Of a stretch of DNA of 64,000 nt, positions 55,716 through 64,000 are shown one piece after another (the stretch's first letter is position 1; each line of letters opens with the position of its first letter). Position numbers and translations under genes: made by a program. The notes beneath the pieces were generated by a model, which was not told where the DNA came from, did not search any database, and was given only the letters and a program-made list of their open reading frames with translations. Source of the DNA: Actinomycetota bacterium (lineage in GTDB: Bacteria; Actinomycetota; Actinomycetes; Nanopelagicales; Nanopelagicaceae); assembly GCA_947372965.1 (NCBI GenBank), contig CANBVR010000001.1, positions 653-64,652 on the forward strand. Reading direction: 5' to 3'.

Positions 55716-56609
55716 ATGATCAGAGGCGTATACCCAGTAATACAGATGCCCCTAGATGTCGATGAAAATATCGATTCAGAGGTATTAGCCAAAGAGATCG
55801 ATTGGCTCCTTGGAGAAGGAAGCGTTGGAATTGTTCTTGCAATGGTTTCAGAAGTTTTGCGCTTTAGCCATGATGAACGTCGAGAGCAATGGCAATTAAC
55901 GTTAAAACTATTAGCTGGTAGAGCTCCGCTTGTGGCAAGCGTGGGAGCAGAGAGCACGGCAATTGCTGTGCGATTAGCAAAGTTTGCCGAAATAGATGGC
56001 GCTGCCGCACTCATGGCAACGCCGCCAACTTCCTTCCCAGCTACTGAAGATGAGATCTATAACTACTACCGATCAATCATCGATAGCGTCAAGATTCCGG
56101 TAATTGTTCAAGATGCCAGCAATTACATGGGGCAACCACTTTCAATCTCGCTATACGAAAAGCTTTTATCCGAGTATGGAAATAAACGAGTGCAATTTAA
56201 GCCAGAGGCAAAGCCAGTTAAAGATCGAATGCAAGAACTTCAGAATGTGGCACAGGGGCAAGCTCTTGTCTTTGAAGGACAAAGTGGCCTTGATTTAATT
56301 GATACTCATCCACTTGGATTATTTGGAACGATGCCAGGGGCTGACATTATTTGGGCAATTGTGAAGTTATGGAACGTTCTTGAGGCTGGCGAAATTGACC
56401 GCGCACAAAAGATTCATGCATGTGTCGCTAGGCTTGTTGGATATCAGATCAACTTGGATGCGTACGTAGCAGTTGAGAAGTATTTACTTGTTAAGCAGGG
56501 GATTTTTACTTCAACCAAGCAGCGCGGTCCAGTTATCTTTAAATTAGATGAAAAGCAAAAGGCTGAGATCGATCAGATCTTTGCCGAATTAAAGGCTCTC
56601 TGCTCTTAA
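55716..56609 (+). CDS. DapA/NAL (dihydrodipicolinate synthase) family lyase, divergent
   Basis: 297 aa with the family layout: GVYPVIQMP..., a helix-rich TIM barrel, and a Lys in VQFKPEAKP at the expected position. The usual GTTGE motif is replaced by AMVSEV, so the assignment is tentative. Confidence 0.5.
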   Translation: MIRGVYPVIQMPLDVDENIDSEVLAKEIDWLLGEGSVGIVLAMVSEVLRFSHDERREQWQLTLKLLAGRAPLVASVGAESTAIAVRLAKFAEIDGAAALMATPPTSFPATEDEIYNYYRSIIDSVKIPVIVQDASNYMGQPLSISLYEKLLSEYGNKRVQFKPEAKPVKDRMQELQNVAQGQALVFEGQSGLDLIDTHPLGLFGTMPGADIIWAIVKLWNVLEAGEIDRAQKIHACVARLVGYQINLDAYVAVEKYLLVKQGIFTSTKQRGPVIFKLDEKQKAEIDQIFAELKALCS

Positions 56610-57256
56610 AGAACACCGTACTTAGCAAAGGCGGCCGAAGGGGACATTCCCTCTTTGACCGCCTTTCTAAATAGATTCTCACCTGAGTTCTTCTCAATTA
56701 CTCGCTCAACCACCGCATCGATTGCCGCCTTTGGCACGATTGTCACACCATCGCTATCGCCAACAATAAGATCCCCAGGATTAATAGTCACACCATCGAT
56801 AACTCCTGGAACGTTATGTTCCACAACTTCATAGCGGCCATTGATATCTACTGGGAGAGTTCCGGTTGCAAAGATCTTAAAACCCATTGCATCAGTACGT
56901 GAAAGGTCGCGAGTTGGACCATCAGTAAGTGCACCAGCAACACCCTTGAACGCGCACGCAGTTGATAGGAGCTCACCCCAGAATGCGGCGCGGCCAGTAC
57001 GATTTGTTGGAGTTACGTAAACCTGATCGGTTTGGACGGCATCTAGCGCTTTTAATAAGCCAACATATGGAACTTCTGGGAAATCAAAAACTTCTTCAAG
57101 GCGAACCGGGAAGGCATATCCCATCATGATTCCGCTGCCAGAGATCATCTTGATATCTTCAGCAAGAACTTGGTTTGTGTAACCAAGAGCATCTAAACAG
57201 TCAGATGCGAGGGCGGAAGTGAATATCTTTCGAAGCTCTTGTAGATCGTGTTCCAT
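56606..57256 (-). CDS. RraA-family protein (HMG/CHA aldolase / oxaloacetate decarboxylase-like)
   Basis: 216 aa with AFWGELLSTA and PGDLIVGDSDGVTIVPK, typical of the RraA/DlpA fold. Confidence 0.65.
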   Translation of the reverse strand: MEHDLQELRKIFTSALASDCLDALGYTNQVLAEDIKMISGSGIMMGYAFPVRLEEVFDFPEVPYVGLLKALDAVQTDQVYVTPTNRTGRAAFWGELLSTACAFKGVAGALTDGPTRDLSRTDAMGFKIFATGTLPVDINGRYEVVEHNVPGVIDGVTINPGDLIVGDSDGVTIVPKAAIDAVVERVIEKNSGENLFRKAVKEGMSPSAAFAKYGVL

Positions 57257-58150
57257 TTAGCCCCACACCTCATTGATCTTTGACTTAAGGAAATTAGCGC
57301 TTTCAATCATCTGTCCCATGCCATCAACGCCATCTTCAATTGAAACCCAGCCGGTAAAGCCAACGCTCTTTAGGATTCTAAAGATTGCATCGTAATCATT
57401 TAGCCCTTTACCGATAACGCCATGCTTGAAGAATGAAACATAACCAGCGGTGCCACCTTCTTGGGCGCGCAGGTCTGCAATGGTGCCACTTGCCAGGTAA
57501 CGATCAGAGGCGCCCATAGAGATAACGCGGTGCTTTACCTTCTCCAAAAGTTCAAGCGGTTCTTCACCAGCGGCAATGGCATTTGATGGATCAAATTGCA
57601 CGCCAAAGATAGGTGAATCAATTCGGTTTACTAAATCAACAAAGACATCCATCATCTGAGCAAACTCAGGCTCGGTCCAGAAATCATCTTTGTAGTGGTT
57701 TTCAATAACCAAGGTAACGCCGAGTTTTTCAGCCTCAACCAGACACTTTTCAATCGAATCAACGACATAGCCCATACCTCCTTCGCGAGTTATATCTTTG
57801 CGGCGTTGGCCAGATAGAACGCGACAGAGTTTTGCGCCAAGTTCGGCTGACATGCGAATCGAATGGATCTCGTGATCGACCTGCTTTTGGCGAAGCTCTG
57901 GATCTGGAATGGTGAAATCAGGGGAGCAGCACATCATTGGAATAGTCATTCCAGCCGCTTCGACATATTTACGAATCTTTGGCCAATTGGCTTCATCTTT
58001 AAAGTCGTGAAAGTTGTTATACATCTCAAGGCCTGGAATCTCCATGGCGCCAGCCATATCAATCCACTCGTAAATTGATAACTTATCTGGGGCTACTAGA
58101 TCTTTAATCCAACCCTTTGGAAAAGCGGCGATCTGTGGTTTGGTGCTCAT
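57257..58150 (-). CDS. xylose-isomerase-like TIM-barrel sugar(-phosphate) isomerase/epimerase
   Basis: 297 aa with the LVIENH metal-binding pattern, FDPSN and WVSIED, typical of the AP-endonuclease-2/xylose-isomerase-like TIM family. Confidence 0.65.
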   Translation of the reverse strand: MSTKPQIAAFPKGWIKDLVAPDKLSIYEWIDMAGAMEIPGLEMYNNFHDFKDEANWPKIRKYVEAAGMTIPMMCCSPDFTIPDPELRQKQVDHEIHSIRMSAELGAKLCRVLSGQRRKDITREGGMGYVVDSIEKCLVEAEKLGVTLVIENHYKDDFWTEPEFAQMMDVFVDLVNRIDSPIFGVQFDPSNAIAAGEEPLELLEKVKHRVISMGASDRYLASGTIADLRAQEGGTAGYVSFFKHGVIGKGLNDYDAIFRILKSVGFTGWVSIEDGVDGMGQMIESANFLKSKINEVWG

Positions 58151-58920
58151 TAATTCTTCTCCGGATTTCTACCAATGAATGTGAATTGTTCTAGGTCTAA
58201 GACTGTTGCGGTAAATGGAATTGATTCATCACTTATCCAATAGAGGCAACCTTCAGCAAGTTGTTCTGGCGTGCTCATGGTTCCAAATGGCACATCAGAT
58301 TTAGGCAAGTTATTCCACCAACCTTCTGGCATGCCTTGTTCAACTTTCATCTTCTTCTCCCGATCGGTCAAAATCCAACCAGGGTTAATTTGATTTACTC
58401 GAACGCCTTTAACGCCATTAGCGTTACCAAGATTGCGAGTCATAGTGACCATCGCGCCTTTGCTCATTGAGTATGCCAAGAGATTCGCTTCGCCCGCATG
58501 GGCATTTACAGAGCCGATATTTAGAACTGCGCCCTTATTCTTCTTTAGCTCTGGGAAACAAGCTTGGATTAAAAAGAGCGGAGCATGCAGATTTACTTGC
58601 ATCATCTTTAGGTAATTTTCGTAATCTAAGTTCTCTACATTTGATTGATCAAACATTGCCGCGCAATTAACAAGTGAATCGATACGGCCAAAGGCAGCCA
58701 CGCAATCTGCGGCAATCTTCTTAGGGCTATTTGGATCAAGCAGATCGGCAATTGAGAGCGATGCGTTGGATCCAAGTTCTGCGACCAAAGCCTTGCCTTC
58801 AGATTCAACTATGCCGGTAATTAATACTTTTCCACCTTCACGAACGACCACACGAGCAAGGGCAGCGCCAATTCCAGATGTGCCACCGGTAATAATTACG
58901 ACCTTATCTCTTAAGCGCAT
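58150..58920 (-). CDS. SDR
   Basis: VIITGGTSGIGAAL, NCAA and YSMSKGA. Confidence 0.75.
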   Translation of the reverse strand: MRLRDKVVIITGGTSGIGAALARVVVREGGKVLITGIVESEGKALVAELGSNASLSIADLLDPNSPKKIAADCVAAFGRIDSLVNCAAMFDQSNVENLDYENYLKMMQVNLHAPLFLIQACFPELKKNKGAVLNIGSVNAHAGEANLLAYSMSKGAMVTMTRNLGNANGVKGVRVNQINPGWILTDREKKMKVEQGMPEGWWNNLPKSDVPFGTMSTPEQLAEGCLYWISDESIPFTATVLDLEQFTFIGRNPEKN

Positions 58921-58925
58921 AATAT

Positions 58926-59951
58926 TTAGGCCGGCTTAATAACAGACTTGATGAATTCACCAGAGTGCATCTTTTCAAAAGCGGTCTGCCATTGCTCTAC
59001 TGGGAAGGTGCCGCCAAGAACTGGAGTTAGATCTAATTGCTTGGTACCGAGCATTCGAAGTACGCGCTCCCACATTGGCCAGTTGTGGCTAAAGGAACCT
59101 TCTAGGCGAACATTCTTTTGTACTAGTGGATCTAGTGAGAAGTTAACTGGTTGTGGTCCCCAGCCAACTTTGGAGATCCAGCCATTGGGTCGAATTGTTT
59201 CTAACGCAATCTTTAGCGTTGCAGAGACGCCAGCCGCATCGACAACGCCATCGACGCCAAGACCATCGACAGTCATCGCCCATTCTTTTGGATCGCCAAT
59301 AATTACATCGCAGCCATATTTCTTTGCTACCTCTAAGCGAGCTTTATCGCGATCAAGACCAACGATTGCAACTTGGGCGCCAGCCATACGTGCCATTGCT
59401 GCAGAGAGAATTCCAATTGGTCCAGGTCCTAATACAAGGATGCGATCTCCCGGACGAACATGTCCTGGTGCAATAGTTGCCGAGTATGCAACTGAACATG
59501 GCTCGGTCATTGATGCGTGATCAAAGGAAACTGAATCTGGAATCTTGTGAAGCAAACGTGATGCCACCTTTGTGTAACGTGTCATTGCGCCATTTACCCC
59601 ATAGCCAAAGCCTTTTCGGCTTGGATCTAAGTTATAAAGGCCTTGACGTGACATCGCACCATGCATATTCACTTCGGCAGCAGTTTCTGAGACAACGCGA
59701 TCGCCAACTTTCCAGCCCACCACTCGCTCGCCAACTTCATCTACTACGCCAGCAAATTCGTGGCCCAAAACTACTGGATAATTAACCGGCCAAGAGTTGG
59801 TGCCTTCCCATTGGTGCAAGTCTGAACCGCAGACAGAAGCAGCTTCCACTTTCAGAATTACATCTTCTGGCCCAGGAGTTGGGCGCTCTACCTCGCGTAC
59901 TTCAACAGAATGTGGCTCAGAAGAAAAGTTAACAACCGCTAGTGATTTCAT
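58926..59951 (-). CDS. Zn-dependent medium-chain polyol/alcohol dehydrogenase
   Basis: CGSDLHQW, GHEFAGVV and VLGPGPIG. Confidence 0.8.
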   Translation of the reverse strand: MKSLAVVNFSSEPHSVEVREVERPTPGPEDVILKVEAASVCGSDLHQWEGTNSWPVNYPVVLGHEFAGVVDEVGERVVGWKVGDRVVSETAAEVNMHGAMSRQGLYNLDPSRKGFGYGVNGAMTRYTKVASRLLHKIPDSVSFDHASMTEPCSVAYSATIAPGHVRPGDRILVLGPGPIGILSAAMARMAGAQVAIVGLDRDKARLEVAKKYGCDVIIGDPKEWAMTVDGLGVDGVVDAAGVSATLKIALETIRPNGWISKVGWGPQPVNFSLDPLVQKNVRLEGSFSHNWPMWERVLRMLGTKQLDLTPVLGGTFPVEQWQTAFEKMHSGEFIKSVIKPA

Positions 59952-59953
59952 CC

Positions 59954-60664
59954 TTACTTCTCATTCTTTACTTTTACATCGCCAAAGCCATGGACTGCTT
60001 CACAGATCTTGCGCAAAACTTCTTCTACATTTCCAGCGCCGCGGCTAAACGAATCTGCATCGATGGCTAGGGGAGCGCCAATTACAACTAGTGGTGCGCC
60101 ATATGAAGGGCAGGCGATCGCTTGTTCGAGCGATAAACCACCAACTGCTTGAACTGGAACTGATACCGCATCAACAACCTCACGGAGTTGATCTAATGGA
60201 TTTGGCATCCGATGGCCGGCGGCGGCAATTCCACGGCGCTCGTCATAACCAATATGGTGAATCACCATGTCACAACCAAGTTCTTCTAATTCTCGGGCGC
60301 CTTGGACCATATCGGGACAACCAAGGTTGTCGCCCATTACCTTTGCACCAAAATCATGACCTGCTTGAACTACACACTTGATTGTTTCTGGATGTGAGCG
60401 AGCCATAACAACTACATGCGTTGCTCCTGCCTTTGCCATCATCTCAGCTTCGAGATAACCACCGTCCATTGTCTTTAGATCAGCAACAATTGGGTGGTTT
60501 GGAAACTCAGCGCGAAGTGCTTTTACTCCGTGCAATCCTTCGGCGAGAATGAAAGGCGTTCCGGCTTCTAGCCAATCAACACCAGCGCGAACGGCCGTGT
60601 GCGCCATCTCCATCGCTTCTTTGATATCTGTTAGGTCGAGTGAGACTTGCACAATTGGTTTCAT
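59954..60664 (-). CDS. OMP-decarboxylase-superfamily enzyme: 3-hexulose-6-phosphate synthase / 3-keto-L-gulonate-6-phosphate decarboxylase-like
   Basis: IVQVSLDLTD, WLEAGTPFI, VADLKTMDGG and AVGGLSLEQA match the HPS/KGPDC pattern. Confidence 0.7.
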   Translation of the reverse strand: MKPIVQVSLDLTDIKEAMEMAHTAVRAGVDWLEAGTPFILAEGLHGVKALRAEFPNHPIVADLKTMDGGYLEAEMMAKAGATHVVVMARSHPETIKCVVQAGHDFGAKVMGDNLGCPDMVQGARELEELGCDMVIHHIGYDERRGIAAAGHRMPNPLDQLREVVDAVSVPVQAVGGLSLEQAIACPSYGAPLVVIGAPLAIDADSFSRGAGNVEEVLRKICEAVHGFGDVKVKNEK

Positions 60665-60728
60665 GGCCTCGAGTTTAGTCCGAATTGTTATGAATTAGAC
60701 CTTCCCTTAGATAACGATTTGGTGGAGA

Positions 60729-61799
60729 ATGCACCAAATGGCAACCAACCTTGGAAGTTTTTCCGACCTTCCAGCCGCCTTAAATTTCCAGCCACCACAG
60801 CACCCGCAAATTGATCGGGATGGCTTACTAAAACTTTTTGGACAACTTCCAAAATTTCCAACCGACTTTAAAATCCAACGCGGAAATACCTTTACGCACG
60901 AGGGCGTAACGATCACTGAAATTTCTTGGGATGTCGGATTTGGTCCTCGCACCGAGGCTTACTTGCTTACCCCAGAAGGAATTTCGCAACCTCTTCCAGG
61001 TGCGCTCTTCTTGCACAGCCACGATGATGTAAAAAGTTATGGCAAAGAGAAAGTTGTTGTCGGCGCCAAAGAGCTACCGGATGATCTTAAGTGGGTGCAA
61101 CGAGATCATTACGGTGAACGGGGAGCTGCCAATGAATTAGCCAAGCGGGGATATGCTGTATTGGCCTTTGATTGTTTTCTCTGGGGATCACGTCGATTCG
61201 ATGAAAGCACGATGCCAGATCGCTTGAAAGAAATATTAGGAGCAGATAAATACGAAACTCTTTCCATTATGCAAGAGTCGATGTCAATCTCCAAGTACTT
61301 AAGTCTGATGGGAACAACCTTGGCGGGGCTTTTAAATTTTGATGACCGCGTCGCTTTTGAAGTTGCAAAAACACTTCCAGAGATAAACGGATCGATCTCG
61401 GCAGTTGGCTTATCCGGTGGTGGTTGTCGAGCAATTTATCTACATGCGACCAATCCAGAACTTAAGGCAACCGTAAGCGTTGGGGCGATGGCTACTTATG
61501 AATCGCTTTTGGATATCCATGTTGCACCGCATTCTTGGATGTTCTTTCCGCAAGGACTGGCAAAAGTGAGTGATTGGCCAGGTGTGGCAATGATTAACAC
61601 CAGGACACCAATCTATGTTCAATTCTGCGGAAATGATCAACTCTTCACAAAAGAGGGAATGGCTGATGCCAATGGCCAATTAAGCGCATATTTCACAGAA
61701 AAAGGCGGGAAATACAATTCGGATTTCTATCCCGTGCGCCACTCCTTTACAGTTGAGATGCAAGATGATGCCTTTGATTGGATGAGCAAGCATGCGTAA
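60729..61799 (+). CDS. alpha/beta-hydrolase (esterase; dienelactone-hydrolase/acetyl-esterase-like)
   Basis: 356 aa with nucleophile elbow VGLSGGG and an HSHD-containing N-terminal part. Its stop overlaps the uxaC start by 8 nt. Confidence 0.6.
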   Translation: MHQMATNLGSFSDLPAALNFQPPQHPQIDRDGLLKLFGQLPKFPTDFKIQRGNTFTHEGVTITEISWDVGFGPRTEAYLLTPEGISQPLPGALFLHSHDDVKSYGKEKVVVGAKELPDDLKWVQRDHYGERGAANELAKRGYAVLAFDCFLWGSRRFDESTMPDRLKEILGADKYETLSIMQESMSISKYLSLMGTTLAGLLNFDDRVAFEVAKTLPEINGSISAVGLSGGGCRAIYLHATNPELKATVSVGAMATYESLLDIHVAPHSWMFFPQGLAKVSDWPGVAMINTRTPIYVQFCGNDQLFTKEGMADANGQLSAYFTEKGGKYNSDFYPVRHSFTVEMQDDAFDWMSKHA

Positions 61800-63177
61800 G
61801 AATCGTTTTTTGGGCGAGGATAAATTTGCCCGCGAGCTCTACACAATCATGAGTGAATATCGCATTCTCTCGCCACACGGCCATGTTGATGCCAAGATGT
61901 TGGCAGAAAATAAGCACTTCACCAATCCGGTGGAACTTTTAATTACTCCTGATCACTACGTGACCCGGATGCTTCATTCCCAGGGCATTTCCTATGAATC
62001 ACTTGGAATTCCACATAAGGATGGCACGAGAAATTTCGTTCAGCCCCGCGATGTTTGGCGCACATTGGCCAGCAATTGGCATCTCTTTAGATCAACGCCT
62101 TCGCGCATTTGGATGGAGGAGACCTTTGCTTCTCTCTTTGAGATTGAAGAGGAATTAAATTCTGAAAATTCCGATCTAATATTCGATCAAATCTCGGAGA
62201 AACTCTCACAAGATTCTTATCGCCCGCAGGAACTCTTTAAGCGCTTTGATATTGAAGTTCTGGCAACAACGGACAGTCCTTCTGATTCCCTTGAGCACCA
62301 CGATTACTTGCGCGAGTTAAATCTCGGTGGCCGAATCATTCCAACCTTTAGACCAGATGATGTAAGTGATCCAGGAAGAAGTGACTGGAATGAATCAATA
62401 ACAAAGTTACAAGAAACTTCTGGCGTTCATATTGATACCTTTGCAGATTTACTACTAGCTTTGAAGAAGCGTCGTTTACTCTTTTCGAAGATGGGCGCTA
62501 CCGCAACAGATCACGGAGTTTTCTCGCCACAAACCTTGAAGCTCTCAAGTAATGAAAAGGAACGACTCTTTCTAGCAATTAAGAGTGAGACTCGTAGCCA
62601 AAAAGATATTGAAACATTCCGAGCAGTAATGCTCTTCGAGCACGGCAAAATGGCTGCCGATGATGGCTTAGTCATGCAACTTCATCCAGGTTCTCTTCGC
62701 AATTACGACCAGAAGATCTTTGATATTTATGGCGCAGATCGTGGCTTTGATATTCCAACTGCAACGACTTACACAAAGGAATTACAGCCACTCCTAAATG
62801 AAGTTGGGAACCACCCACAATTCAAGATGGTTATCTTCACCTTAGATGAATCAACCTATTCCAGAGAACTTGCACCTTTAGCGGGCGCCTATTCTGGAGT
62901 TCGCCTGGGGCCACCTTGGTGGTTCCATGATTCGCTAAATGGCATGGAGCGTTGGCGTGATGCGGTTACTGAAACGGCTGGCTACTACAACACGGTTGGG
63001 TTCATCGATGACACTCGTGCATTCTGTTCAATTCCGGTGCGCCACGATATTGCCCGCAGATTTGATTCAAAGTATCTCGCACGAGAAGTTGCTCGCGATC
63101 GCTTGCGTGAAAATGAAGCGATCGATCTAGCTTCGGACTTGGCATATAACTTGTCGAAGAATTTCTTTAACCTTTAG
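61792..63177 (+). CDS. uxaC: uronate (glucuronate/galacturonate) isomerase
   Basis: 461 aa. FLGEDKFARELYTIMSEYRILSPHGHVD matches the UxaC N-terminal HxH metal motif, with WWF and a C-terminal pattern consistent with the family. Confidence 0.85.
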   Translation: MRKNRFLGEDKFARELYTIMSEYRILSPHGHVDAKMLAENKHFTNPVELLITPDHYVTRMLHSQGISYESLGIPHKDGTRNFVQPRDVWRTLASNWHLFRSTPSRIWMEETFASLFEIEEELNSENSDLIFDQISEKLSQDSYRPQELFKRFDIEVLATTDSPSDSLEHHDYLRELNLGGRIIPTFRPDDVSDPGRSDWNESITKLQETSGVHIDTFADLLLALKKRRLLFSKMGATATDHGVFSPQTLKLSSNEKERLFLAIKSETRSQKDIETFRAVMLFEHGKMAADDGLVMQLHPGSLRNYDQKIFDIYGADRGFDIPTATTYTKELQPLLNEVGNHPQFKMVIFTLDESTYSRELAPLAGAYSGVRLGPPWWFHDSLNGMERWRDAVTETAGYYNTVGFIDDTRAFCSIPVRHDIARRFDSKYLAREVARDRLRENEAIDLASDLAYNLSKNFFNL

Positions 63178-63187
63178 TGGGTAAGAA

Positions 63188-64000
63188 ATGATTGATGTAA
63201 TCCACTTAGGTTTAGGCGCCTTTCATCGCGCCCACCAAGCGGTTTATTTCCAAGATGCTGGGCTTAAGGTTGCGGCAGTCTCCATGCGCAAGAGCGATGT
63301 CGCAGATTCTTTCAACGCCCTTGGTTGTAAATACAATGTTGTTTCGCGAAGTAAATCTGGCGAACAAGTAAAAGAGATTACCGCCATCACCGAAGCTCTT
63401 TTCTATGAGCGAGATGTTCAACGATTATTGGAGATCGCTAAATCCCCTGAGTTAAAGGCAATTACTCTGACCGTCACCGAGAAGGCATATCGAAACGATG
63501 GGCCACAAAGTGTTCCGGCCCGGATCGCCAATCTTTTGACGGCAAGATTTGACGCAAAGCAGGGAAGTATTGCAATCATTTCTTGCGACAACATGCCTAA
63601 GAATTCGGCGCTAATCAAGTCGCTTGTTCTAGAAGTTTTAAAAGAGCGAAACCAATTAGAAGTTGCCGATTGGGTGGAACGAGAAGTTCGAGCACCTAAT
63701 TCGATGATCGATCGCATCGTTCCCGCCATTACAAATGAGAAGTCAGAGATAACAACAGAACCATTTACTCAATGGGTAGTTGAGACTGATCGCCTGCAGG
63801 ATATTTTGGCGCCCGTAGGTGTTCAATTTGTGCCAGATGTTCGCCCCTTTGAAATTGCAAAGATTCGACTATTCAACGGTGTTCACTCAGCCCTTGCCTA
63901 TATCGGCGAACTTGAAGGAATTGAATATGTCCACGAAGTAATCGAACATCCGATCTATGGCTCTTTTGTTAAGAAGTTGCAAGAATCTGAAGCTATTAAA
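63188..64000 (+). CDS. mannitol-dehydrogenase-family reductase (fructuronate/tagaturonate reductase-like), 3' truncated by window end
   Basis: My own translation from the ATG at 63188 stays open to the window end (271 codons). It reads MIDVIHLGLGAFHRAHQAVY..., IISCDNMPKN, MIDRIVPA, EPFTQWVVE and KIRLFNGVHSALAY. Confidence 0.8.
   Translation, partial: MIDVIHLGLGAFHRAHQAVYFQDAGLKVAAVSMRKSDVADSFNALGCKYNVVSRSKSGEQVKEITAITEALFYERDVQRLLEIAKSPELKAITLTVTEKAYRNDGPQSVPARIANLLTARFDAKQGSIAIISCDNMPKNSALIKSLVLEVLKERNQLEVADWVEREVRAPNSMIDRIVPAITNEKSEITTEPFTQWVVETDRLQDILAPVGVQFVPDVRPFEIAKIRLFNGVHSALAYIGELEGIEYVHEVIEHPIYGSFVKKLQESEAIK

Noticed and set aside
58948-59520. 190-aa plus-strand ORF antisense to the Zn-ADH gene (similar cases at 28721-29197, 15987-16445 and 35886-36254)
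   Set aside because: These ORFs have low-complexity, Pro/Ser/Arg/Thr-rich sequence and are antisense to genes with clear catalytic motifs. There is no independent support.

Overview
This 64-kb window looks like a chromosomal segment of a moderately low-GC actinobacterium. That call is an inference from gene order. The blocks clpS-DUF2017-mec-cysO-cysM-murI-rph-rdgB and argS-lysA-hom-thrC-thrB-rho-rpmE-prfA-prmC match the classic Actinomycetota blocks (Mycobacterium tuberculosis Rv1331-1341 and Rv1292-1300). Gene packing is very tight, with many 1-4 nt start/stop overlaps and almost no regulators, which is reminiscent of streamlined freshwater acI-type genomes. I cannot verify lineage without a database search.

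Layout:
- 0.1-27.4 kb is mostly housekeeping: pntAA/AB/B transhydrogenase, argF, a secreted GH18 protein, the CysO sulfur-carrier cysteine pathway, murI, rph, rdgB, tRNA-Leu, xylA, argS, lysA, the threonine operon, rho, rpmE, prfA and prmC.
- 27.4-64 kb is a dense carbohydrate and sugar-acid catabolic island. It holds two IlvD/Edd dehydratases, an FAH-family enzyme, an SMP-30 lactonase, five SDRs, two Zn-ADHs, kdgK-eda, two ATPase-less CUT1-type ABC importers, rbsK-rbsD, and uxaC with a mannitol-dehydrogenase-family reductase.
- 32.1-34.9 kb interrupts the island with a small non-metabolic module: an orphan OmpR-family response regulator with His in place of the phospho-acceptor Asp, an 11-bp tandem direct repeat, an unknown membrane-anchored protein, and a secreted protein that is collagen-like and tail-fibre-like.

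The most unusual metabolic signal is a tightly coupled minus-strand operon at 37.6-42.3 kb: lactonase, unknown 307-aa protein, SDR, MtnK-like kinase and an enolase paralogue.

I found no rRNA, CRISPR array, transposase or integrase. All product calls come from motif recognition by eye in the supplied translations. No searches were run.
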